32,000 bases of DNA, taken from positions 1,290,001 to 1,322,000 of the forward strand of contig NZ_CP007754.1 of the NCBI RefSeq assembly GCF_000757865.1. The letters run 5' to 3'. Within the stretch, counting starts at the first letter, position 1. Every line of letters begins with the position of its first letter. The position numbers were made by a program, and so were the translations under genes. Under the pieces are notes generated by a model that made no database searches, was not told the DNA's origin, and saw only the letters and a program-made list of their open reading frames with translations. This document shows positions 18,169 to 25,439 of this stretch, in pieces. Source of the stretch: Prochlorococcus sp. MIT 0801. GTDB taxonomy: Bacteria; Cyanobacteriota; Cyanobacteriia; PCC-6307; Cyanobiaceae.

Positions 18169-19218
18169 TTATTCGTAAAGCTGAGCAGGAAGAGGCTCCT
18201 TAAGAATTCTCTTAAAATCAAATCCCATAGCTCTTAAAGCATGCCATAGATGTCCTTGAAGGAAGAAAAATCCAAAGTAATAATGAACATTTGCTAGAGC
18301 CGCCCTAGTCGTATGACCAAAGAAAGCTGGACCTCCTGAAAGATCAACACTATCTATCCAATAAGGAGCAATACCAAACTTCAAGATCAATGCTTCGCCA
18401 TACCAAGCTTCTGGGTAAACGGTTGTGTTCTGTGCACACCAGAAAGCAGCAACAACAGCCATCCAACCAAGACCTGCACAAGAGAAAGAAAGAATTGCTT
18501 CTGCAGAAAGAAGACCAGCTCCTTTGAACTTGGTATATTCACCAACTTGCTTAGTAGCGATATGGAAAGCTCCACCTGTTATTTCCAAGAAAGCCAAGAA
18601 AGCATGGCCTCCCAAAACATCTTCAAGACTATCAATAGCCAAGAAATCAAACTGATGGTTCCAAATACTGGTCAAGTTAAGGTTGTACTCAACTTGTCGA
18701 ACAGCTCCTATAGCAGGATCATAAATTCCGTGGATTCTTGCCCATTCAACGAACCAAATACATGCAACACCAAAGAAAAGTAAATGGTGACCAAGTATAA
18801 AAGTCTGATTATCTGGGTTGTCCCACTCAAGTTTGAACTTTCTTGCTTGAGGGACCTCTGAATCTTGCATATCGCCAACGAATAGCACCGAGTGCAATAA
18901 GCCACCCGCTCCATAGACCATGGAAAGAACCAAATGTACGATTGCAATAGAGGCAACTCCTGCCCCTGTCCAAGCACCAGCCTCATCAAAGCCGATACCA
19001 ATTGAAGCTAAATGAGCAAGAAAGATCGAACTCTGATGTCCCATTGGAATCTCAGGGTTGTATCTCGCTAGTTCCCAAAGGGTACTTCCACCTGCTGCAA
19101 AGGCTATCAAGCCAGTATGAGCAATGTGTGCAGCAATGAATTTACCTGATTTGTTTGTAACCCCAGCATTTCCAGCCCACCAACCATAGGTGACATCCGG
19201 GTTTCCGTAGGTCTGCAT
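18169..19218 (-). CDS. pcb: Pcb antenna protein, paralogue 3 (349 aa)
   Basis: MQTYGNPDVTYGWWAGNAGV... HYYFGFFFLQGHLWHALRAMGFDF. CP43/IsiA family. Confidence 0.95.
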   Translation of the reverse strand: MQTYGNPDVTYGWWAGNAGVTNKSGKFIAAHIAHTGLIAFAAGGSTLWELARYNPEIPMGHQSSIFLAHLASIGIGFDEAGAWTGAGVASIAIVHLVLSMVYGAGGLLHSVLFVGDMQDSEVPQARKFKLEWDNPDNQTFILGHHLLFFGVACIWFVEWARIHGIYDPAIGAVRQVEYNLNLTSIWNHQFDFLAIDSLEDVLGGHAFLAFLEITGGAFHIATKQVGEYTKFKGAGLLSAEAILSFSCAGLGWMAVVAAFWCAQNTTVYPEAWYGEALILKFGIAPYWIDSVDLSGGPAFFGHTTRAALANVHYYFGFFFLQGHLWHALRAMGFDFKRILKEPLPAQLYE

Positions 19219-19251
19219 GATTTAAGTTTTTTGGCGTAATACGGTGAGCAC

Positions 19252-19300
19252 ACCTTACAGGCACCTGAATTCAAAAACTACCAATAGTCATAAGGCGTAT
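19252..19300 (-). promoter_or_regulatory. pcb paralogue 3 promoter region: TGTAAGGT plus degenerate conserved box
   Basis: On the gene strand: ATACGCCTTATGACTATTG, 24 nt, TAAGGT, 34-41 nt before the ATG. Confidence 0.35.
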
Positions 19301-19395
19301 AAAGAAGTAGTAAAGTTTTTTTTCTTCAAATTGGCTCAAACCCCAACTAAACTAGGTTTTCATGGAAATACTCAAGAAAAATTTAAATATCAAAA

Positions 19396-19590
19396 ATGAA
19401 ATCTGCTTTACAACTTGAATTACAAGATCTTCATGGACTTCCTTATATAGCAACAATAATTTGGTTTGTTTTGCTTGGAGTTTCTCTTTTAGCTGTGGTT
19501 TTTTATCTTTTTCAGAAAAATTCAGCATCCAAAAGAAAAGTTGATGAGGTTTCTCCCACTGAGAAGAAATCTCGTGCAAAAGGGTTTTAA
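19396..19590 (+). CDS. Small single-TM protein (64 aa) inside the pcb array
   Basis: TM helix LPYIATIIWFVLLGVSLLAVVFYLF followed by a Lys-rich tail. An antisense ORF of similar size also exists. Confidence 0.35.
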   Translation: MKSALQLELQDLHGLPYIATIIWFVLLGVSLLAVVFYLFQKNSASKRKVDEVSPTEKKSRAKGF

Positions 19591-19705
19591 ATGACTAAGA
19601 AAATTTTGTTTTTCAATGTTAGTTCTCAAATTAATGTAATATCCTCAAACACGGGTTTGGCATAGTGGCCACCTGGGTTAACTATAAAAACAATTTTTTT
19701 ATTCA

Positions 19706-19912
19706 ATGATTGATTTTTCTCACCTTCTTGATTTTGCCACTCAGCTTCCACACCCATCAGATATTGGTTTAATCAAACCATCCGGTGGATTTAATATAGC
19801 CGCAGCTCTTTGTGGACTTGGAGCAGTTTTTGGAGCGTCTCAATTCTTCTACTATTCTGATGATTCAAAAAGGATCGATCCTTGGGCTAAGCCTGACAAC
19901 TACAAAAACTAA
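19706..19912 (+). CDS. Small hypothetical protein (68 aa) with one Gly/Ala-rich hydrophobic segment
   Basis: ATG ORF, segment FNIAAALCGLGAVFGASQFFYY. Followed by a strong hairpin terminator. Confidence 0.4.
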   Translation: MIDFSHLLDFATQLPHPSDIGLIKPSGGFNIAAALCGLGAVFGASQFFYYSDDSKRIDPWAKPDNYKN

Positions 19913-19944
19913 AGAAAGTTAAAACCTCTTTAATTTTTTTCAAT

Positions 19945-19982
19945 AAAAAAAGAGTCTCGTCAAAAGACGAGACTCTTTTTTA
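19945..19982. terminator. Bidirectional intrinsic terminator (small ORF / pcb paralogue 4)
   Basis: 11-bp perfect stem agagtctcgtc / gacgagactct with loop aaaa, flanked by an A-run and a T-run. The flanking genes are convergent. Confidence 0.8.
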
Positions 19983-20001
19983 TGCTGAAAGACTCAGAAA
20001 A

Positions 20002-21090
20002 TCAATCAGTGAGAGTAACTCTTGCTCCATCAAGATTACTAATTGCATCAGTAACCTTTTTGAAATCAAAGCCTAGAGCACGTATTGCATGCCAAAGGTG
20101 TCCTTGAATAAAGAAGAAACCAAGATAGTAATGAACATTCGCAAGCCAAGCTCTTGAAGTATGACCACTAACGACACCAGTCATATCAGCAGTATCAATC
20201 CAATATGGAGAGATTCCAAACTTAAGAGCTAATGTTTCTCCGTACCAAGCCTCTGGATAAACAGTTGTATTGGTTGCACACCAGAAAGCGGCAATAATTG
20301 CCATCCAACCAATACCAGCAAGAGACCAGGAAAGAACGGCTTCAGCAGAAAGAATATTCTTCCCTTTGAATTCTGTGTATTCTCCTACCTGCTTAGTTGC
20401 GATATGGAAAGCACCACCTGTGATCTCAACAAATGCTAAGAATGCATGACCACCCATAACATCCTCCAGACTATCAATAGCCAAGAAATCAAACTGATGA
20501 TTCCAAATGTTGGTCAAGTTTAAGTTGTACTCAACTTGTCGAACAGCTCCTATTGCAGGATCGTAAATCCCATGTATTCGAGCCCACTCAACAAACCAAA
20601 TACATGCAACACCAAAGAAAATCAAATGGTGACCAAGAATAAAAGTCTGATTATCTGGATTATCCCATTCAAGCTTGTATCTTGCTGCCTGACGATGTTC
20701 AGGACGATCATCAGCAAACAAACCTGAACTATTTTGGGTGTCTTCGCTAAAAATCAGTGAGTGCAATAGACCTGCACCCGCATAAACCATTGAACAAATC
20801 AGATGGAATACTCCGATAAAAGCAATTGATGTTCCGTCGAATACTGTTCCAGTTGGATCAAATCCAATACCAATAGAAGCAAGGTGTGGGATGCTCACCA
20901 TTCCTTGGTGTCCCATTGGAATATCTGGGTTGTATCTAGCGAGCTCCCAAAGTGTGTTGGCACCAGCTGCGAAACAAATCAATCCTGTATGAGCAACATG
21001 CGAGCCAATAAATCGGCTTGACTTATTTGTTACGACAGAATTACCAACCCACCACCCGTAGGTGACGTCTGGGTTTCCGTAGGACTGCAT
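20002..21090 (-). CDS. pcb: Pcb antenna protein, paralogue 4 (362 aa)
   Basis: MQSYGNPDVTYGWWVGNS..., with an extra loop segment (SEDTQNSSGLFADDRPEHRQAARY) and a C-terminal tail. Confidence 0.95.
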   Translation of the reverse strand: MQSYGNPDVTYGWWVGNSVVTNKSSRFIGSHVAHTGLICFAAGANTLWELARYNPDIPMGHQGMVSIPHLASIGIGFDPTGTVFDGTSIAFIGVFHLICSMVYAGAGLLHSLIFSEDTQNSSGLFADDRPEHRQAARYKLEWDNPDNQTFILGHHLIFFGVACIWFVEWARIHGIYDPAIGAVRQVEYNLNLTNIWNHQFDFLAIDSLEDVMGGHAFLAFVEITGGAFHIATKQVGEYTEFKGKNILSAEAVLSWSLAGIGWMAIIAAFWCATNTTVYPEAWYGETLALKFGISPYWIDTADMTGVVSGHTSRAWLANVHYYLGFFFIQGHLWHAIRALGFDFKKVTDAISNLDGARVTLTD

Positions 21091-21121
21091 AATTGAGGAA
21101 ATTGAAGTCGAAATTCGACCT

Positions 21122-21171
21122 ACCTTACATTTAGTGCAATAAATTTGCTTGAAATCGTAAAAGGTCTTTAT
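21122..21171 (-). promoter_or_regulatory. pcb paralogue 4 promoter region: TGTAAGGT plus conserved box
   Basis: On the gene strand: ATAAAGACCTTTTACGATTTC, 23 nt, TAAGGT. The leader is nearly identical to that of paralogue 1 (aattRaggaa(a)ttRaagtcgaaatt). Confidence 0.4.
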
Positions 21172-21282
21172 TTAATGCACAAAAATAATCAATAGAAGAG
21201 CTTTAATTATTCATTGATTTTGCTTACAAAACTAGTATCAAAAGGGATTTGAGAATCCTAGTTAAATAGCAGTCAATATTTT

Positions 21283-21315
21283 AATAAAAAAAGCCCCGCA
21301 AAAATTACGGGGCTT
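21283..21315 (-). terminator. Intrinsic terminator of pcb paralogue 5
   Basis: GC-rich stem aagccccg / cggggctt, followed on the minus strand by a T-run. Lies 28 nt beyond the stop. Confidence 0.8.
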
Positions 21316-21342
21316 CAGAGATTATCCAATCAATTGAATTAG

Positions 21343-22407
21343 TTAGTCATTAAGAGTGATTTGCGCCCTATCTAAACCAGCTACAGCATTTGTAACTCTC
21401 CTAAAGTCAAAGCCTAATGCACGAATAGCGTGCCATAAATGACCTTGTAAGAAGAAGAATCCAAAATAATAATGGACATTTGTTAAAGCAGCTCTTGTGG
21501 TGTGACCTGCTAGTGCAGTGCTCTCACTTACCTCTACAGTATCGATCCAATAGGGAGAAATTCCAAATTTCAAAGCCAAAGGCTCTCCAAACCAAGGTTC
21601 AGGATAAACAGTTGTATTTGTTGCGCACCAGAATGCTGCGACAATCGCCATCCAACCAATACCTGCCAATGAGAAAGATAAAACAGCCTCGGCAGAGAGG
21701 ATCCCAGCTCCTTTGAATTCTGTGTATTCTCCTACCTGCTTAGTTGCGATATGGAAAGCACCACCAGTTATCTCAACAAATGCTAAAAACGCATGGCCGC
21801 CCAAAACATCTTCAAGATTATCTATAGCTAAGAAATCAAACTGATGGTTCCAAATATTGGTCAAATTAAGGTTGTACTCAACTTGTCGAACAGCTCCTAT
21901 TGCTGGGTCATAAATTCCGTGAATTCTGGCCCATTCAACAAAAGCAATACAAGCAACCCCAAAGAAAATAAGATGGTGACCCAAAATAAATGTCAAATTA
22001 TCGGGATTGTCCCATTCAAGCTTGAATTTTTGAGTAGTAGGTCCTGGCCCATCAGCCAAATCCCCATCAAAGAGCAGAGAGTGAGAAAGAGCTCCTCCTG
22101 CATAAACAAGAGAAGCAATAATATGGACAATTGCTACTGAAGCAACATTCGCTCCAGTCCAAACACCTGCATCATCAAATCCAATTCCAATAGATGCAAG
22201 ATGAGCGAGAAAGATAGAGCTTTGGTGCCCCATGGCTATAGAAGGATCAAACCTAGCTAGCTCCCAAAGAGTGCTAGCTCCTGCAGCAAATGAAATTAGG
22301 CCAGTATGACCAGCATGGGCTGCAATGAACTTTCCAGCGCGGTTAGTAACCCTTGAATTACCAGCCCACCACCCGTAGGTGACATCTGGATTTCCATAGG
22401 TCTGCAT
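21343..22407 (-). CDS. pcb: Pcb antenna protein, paralogue 5 (354 aa)
   Basis: MQTYGNPDVTYGWWAGNSRV... HYYFGFFFLQGHLWHAIRALGFDF. Confidence 0.95.
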   Translation of the reverse strand: MQTYGNPDVTYGWWAGNSRVTNRAGKFIAAHAGHTGLISFAAGASTLWELARFDPSIAMGHQSSIFLAHLASIGIGFDDAGVWTGANVASVAIVHIIASLVYAGGALSHSLLFDGDLADGPGPTTQKFKLEWDNPDNLTFILGHHLIFFGVACIAFVEWARIHGIYDPAIGAVRQVEYNLNLTNIWNHQFDFLAIDNLEDVLGGHAFLAFVEITGGAFHIATKQVGEYTEFKGAGILSAEAVLSFSLAGIGWMAIVAAFWCATNTTVYPEPWFGEPLALKFGISPYWIDTVEVSESTALAGHTTRAALTNVHYYFGFFFLQGHLWHAIRALGFDFRRVTNAVAGLDRAQITLND

Positions 22408-22859
22408 ATAAAACAGGGGGAATATATATTTTACAGACTACAAGTTAGTAGACTTTTTAACTATAAAAAACCAAAACAAACAAGCATTGATTAATAATCA
22501 AACATCATTTTATACTCGTGTATAAGTAAAACTTAACAGTAAGATTAGTGACTAATTATACAAAAAAGTCACTATAAGTTTAGTGTCTCAAAATACATAA
22601 ATAGATAAGTTCTACTTAACTATTAATACCGTTTTTACTGTTGGAAGAGCGCAAGCGCCCTTCCAATGTTGACAGAGAAACGAACTTCGACTTCAATTCC
22701 TATCAACAGAGACTGTCATAACAAAAATCAATCATGAGTGTGAGAACAAATAATTCATTTCATATATCCAAAACAAATTGATTGGCAATGGAGTTTTATA
22801 AATCAAAGAAAATTCTTAGGGATATACGTACCAATACTAATGAAAATCTCTTCTAAGGT

Positions 22860-23129
22860 TTGTCCAGTTTCTTGGCAATACAAATCGTACTTAAAAGGCT
22901 AACTTCAGCTGAGGTTGATCGCATTATCGAAATGGCCTGGGAGGACAGGACACCTTTTGATGCGATCGAATTTCAATTCAATCTCAAAGAGAAAGAAGTT
23001 ATTCATTTAATGAGGTCTAATTTAAAAACATCTTCTTTTAAAATGTGGAGAAAGAGGGTTACTGGAAGGAAACTTAAGCATGGCTTTCCTGACAAGAAGA
23101 CAAGGTTCAAGTCAACCAATCAAAAGTGA
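22860..23129 (+). CDS. DUF2805 / TIGR03643-like small protein
   Basis: Core SAEVDRIIEMAWEDRTPFDAIEFQFNLKEKEVIHLMRSNLKTSSFKMWRKRVTGRKLKH matches my memory of this family. There is no ATG, so the start (TTG 22860 or 22872) is uncertain. Confidence 0.7.
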   Translation: MSSFLAIQIVLKRLTSAEVDRIIEMAWEDRTPFDAIEFQFNLKEKEVIHLMRSNLKTSSFKMWRKRVTGRKLKHGFPDKKTRFKSTNQK

Positions 23130-23257
23130 AATTCAAATTGATAAAAAATTGTCCGATTTGCTTGAGAGATTTTCAATGGAGAAAAAAATGGGCTAAAGAG
23201 TGGGATAAAGTCATTTACTGTTCAGAAAGATGTAGAAGAAGGAAAAATCAAAATTAA
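23126..23257 (+). CDS. DUF2256-like zinc-ribbon micro-protein (43 aa), not in the supplied ORF track
   Basis: My translation is VKFKLIKNCPICLRDFQWRKKWAKEWDKVIYCSERCRRRKNQN. It has CPxC ... CSERC spacing with WRKKW. The GTG start overlaps the upstream stop as GTGA. Confidence 0.6.
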   Translation: MKFKLIKNCPICLRDFQWRKKWAKEWDKVIYCSERCRRRKNQN

Positions 23258-23357
23258 CCATGTTGAGTTTTTTCGCACTCAAAAAAGAATCCAGTTATTT
23301 TATAAAATTAACTTCTTAAATTTTTTTGAGAAGTAATAAATTTATTAATCGACTAAA

Positions 23358-24848
23358 TTGAGAAAGATTTTCCTGATTTTTCCAAATCAATTATTCAAAA
23401 TAAAAAAACAATTTAGTGACGTTAGTCATATTGCTCTGATCCAAGATAGCTTATTTTTTGGTTGTGATTCTCAATGGCAACAAAAGTTTCATTGTCAAAA
23501 AATAATTTTCCACAAAGCTACTATGGACTCTTACGAAGAAGATCTCAGATCTCAGGGGTTCAATGTAATTTATTTAAAACATCAAAGAGAAAGCAGAACA
23601 GAAGATAATCTCAATTATCTCTCAGAAAAAGGTTTTAATTATTTCATCACTTATGAAGCGTTTGATTGGTCGCTAGAAAAAAGAATTAAGGATTTCTCTT
23701 TGAAAAAGAATATAAAGTTGAAAATAAGAAAAAATGATATGTTTTTAACTTGTCAAGATATATCTGAAGAAATACTTAATCAAAAAAAAATTTATGGAAT
23801 GCAGAAATTTTATAAGATTCAAAGAAAAAGCCTAAATATACTTATCGAAAAAGATGGTTCGCCAACAGGGGGGACATGGAGTTTTGACAAAATGAATAGA
23901 AAGAAGCTTCCAAATTCAATTGAAGTTCCTAGAATAACAACTATAAAAACAAGCAGATTACTAGATAAAGCTAAGAAAGAAGTTTCTATAAATTATAAAG
24001 ATTATTACGGGAGCACAGAAAACTTTAATTATCCATTGTCTCATAAAGATGCTGAAGAATGGTTAGATAATTTTTTAATTGAAAGATTTAATTTATTTGG
24101 AGATTATGAAGATGCAATACATTCAAATCATAGGACACTTTGGCATAGTGTTCTTTCTCCATTAATTAATTCCGGATTACTTACTCCGAGACAAATAATA
24201 GATAAATCATGGGAGTTTTATCAATCAAACAATATTGGGATTAATTCCTATGAAGGATTTGTTAGACAAATTATTGGCTGGCGTGAATTTATCCTATTAA
24301 TGTATAAACGAAATAGTTTAGAACTAAGAAATGGAAATTTCTGGGATTTTGAGGACAAACCAATACCCTTAAGTTTTTACACTGGTCAAACAGGAATAAG
24401 GCCTTTAGATGACTCAATAAAAAATATTTTAGAGACAGGGTATGCTCATCATATAGAAAGACTAATGATAGTTGGAAATTTAATGCTTCTATGCAGATTT
24501 CATCCAAATAAAGTATACAAATGGTTTATGGAATTATTTATAGATTCATATGATTGGGTTATGGTTCCAAATGTTTATGGAATGAGTCAATTTTCAGATG
24601 GAGGACTATTTACAACCAAACCATATATTTCTGGCTCTAATTATATTCGAAAAATGTCTAACTATAAATCTGAAGATTGGTGCTCAACTTGGGATAGTCT
24701 TTTTTGGACATTTATAGATGATTATAAAAATAAGTTCAAGGACCAATATCGTTTGTCAATGATTTTAAGGAATTTAGAAAAAATGGACCCTAATAAAAAA
24801 ATGAACCACAGACGTAATGCTAATGAATTCTTGTCTAAACTAAATTAA
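23358..24848 (+). CDS. Cryptochrome/photolyase-family protein of the COG3046 / bacterial (6-4) photolyase (FeS-BCP-like) type
   Basis: TTG start, 496 aa. Motifs SVLSPLINSGLLTPRQI, GWREF, GYAHHIERLMIVGN, DSYDWVMVPNVYGMSQFSDGG and KPYISGSNYIRKMSNY. Confidence 0.8.
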   Translation: MRKIFLIFPNQLFKIKKQFSDVSHIALIQDSLFFGCDSQWQQKFHCQKIIFHKATMDSYEEDLRSQGFNVIYLKHQRESRTEDNLNYLSEKGFNYFITYEAFDWSLEKRIKDFSLKKNIKLKIRKNDMFLTCQDISEEILNQKKIYGMQKFYKIQRKSLNILIEKDGSPTGGTWSFDKMNRKKLPNSIEVPRITTIKTSRLLDKAKKEVSINYKDYYGSTENFNYPLSHKDAEEWLDNFLIERFNLFGDYEDAIHSNHRTLWHSVLSPLINSGLLTPRQIIDKSWEFYQSNNIGINSYEGFVRQIIGWREFILLMYKRNSLELRNGNFWDFEDKPIPLSFYTGQTGIRPLDDSIKNILETGYAHHIERLMIVGNLMLLCRFHPNKVYKWFMELFIDSYDWVMVPNVYGMSQFSDGGLFTTKPYISGSNYIRKMSNYKSEDWCSTWDSLFWTFIDDYKNKFKDQYRLSMILRNLEKMDPNKKMNHRRNANEFLSKLN

Positions 24849-24973
24849 TAATTTAAACTGAGATATTTAGAACAAAAAAATTTCTATAAACTTTGTCTAG
24901 GTGTTGTTTTTACTCCAGAAGAGCACTCTCGAGAGGAAGTGAATTGAGTATAATAGTGATTTGATTAATTAGA

Positions 24974-25423
24974 GTGAAGCTGAAAATTGGTGATCAGATT
25001 CCTTCATTTTCTCTAAAAGATCAAAAGGGGAATATCAGAACATCAAATAATTTGAAAAAGTCTCTGGTTTTGTTTTTTTACCCGAAAGACGATACACCTG
25101 GTTGCACTGTCGAAGCTTGTGGCTTCCGAGACAAATATGATCTTTTCAAAATTCTAGGTGCTGAGGTATGGGGAATAAGTAATGGTAGTCCTCAAAGTCA
25201 TCTAGGATTTGCAAATAAAAATAAACTTCAGTATCCATTACTTTGCGACCAAAACAATATTCTTAGAAATCAATTTGGAGTACCGAAAAAACTAGGATTC
25301 ATAGAAGGAAGAGTAACTTACATAATAAATTCTGAAGGAGTAATAAAACATATTTTTGAAGACCTTCTAAATGGTCCAGCTCATATAAAAGAAGCTATAA
25401 AAGCATTAAAAAAACTTCAATAA
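24974..25423 (+). CDS. bcp: Peroxiredoxin Bcp / PrxQ
   Basis: GTG start. FFYPKDDTPGCTVEAC carries the peroxidatic and resolving Cys five residues apart. A TATAAT at 24949..24954 lies upstream. Confidence 0.85.
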   Translation: MKLKIGDQIPSFSLKDQKGNIRTSNNLKKSLVLFFYPKDDTPGCTVEACGFRDKYDLFKILGAEVWGISNGSPQSHLGFANKNKLQYPLLCDQNNILRNQFGVPKKLGFIEGRVTYIINSEGVIKHIFEDLLNGPAHIKEAIKALKKLQ

Positions 25424-25439
25424 TAAATTTAATACTCTT

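Noticed and set aside
15728-22140. Numerous 60-100-aa plus-strand ORFs inside the pcb genes (for example 15728..15946, 16023..16307, 17562..17852, 18425..18783, 20536..20727, 21480..22140)
   Set aside because: They lie antisense to unmistakable pcb coding sequence, have low-complexity products, and recur only because the paralogues are similar.
22441-22460. A fifth copy of the conserved pcb upstream box before paralogue 5
   Set aside because: The match is loose (caagttagtagactttttaa). Its distance to the ATG and to any -10-like hexamer differs from the other four, so I did not count it as an instance.
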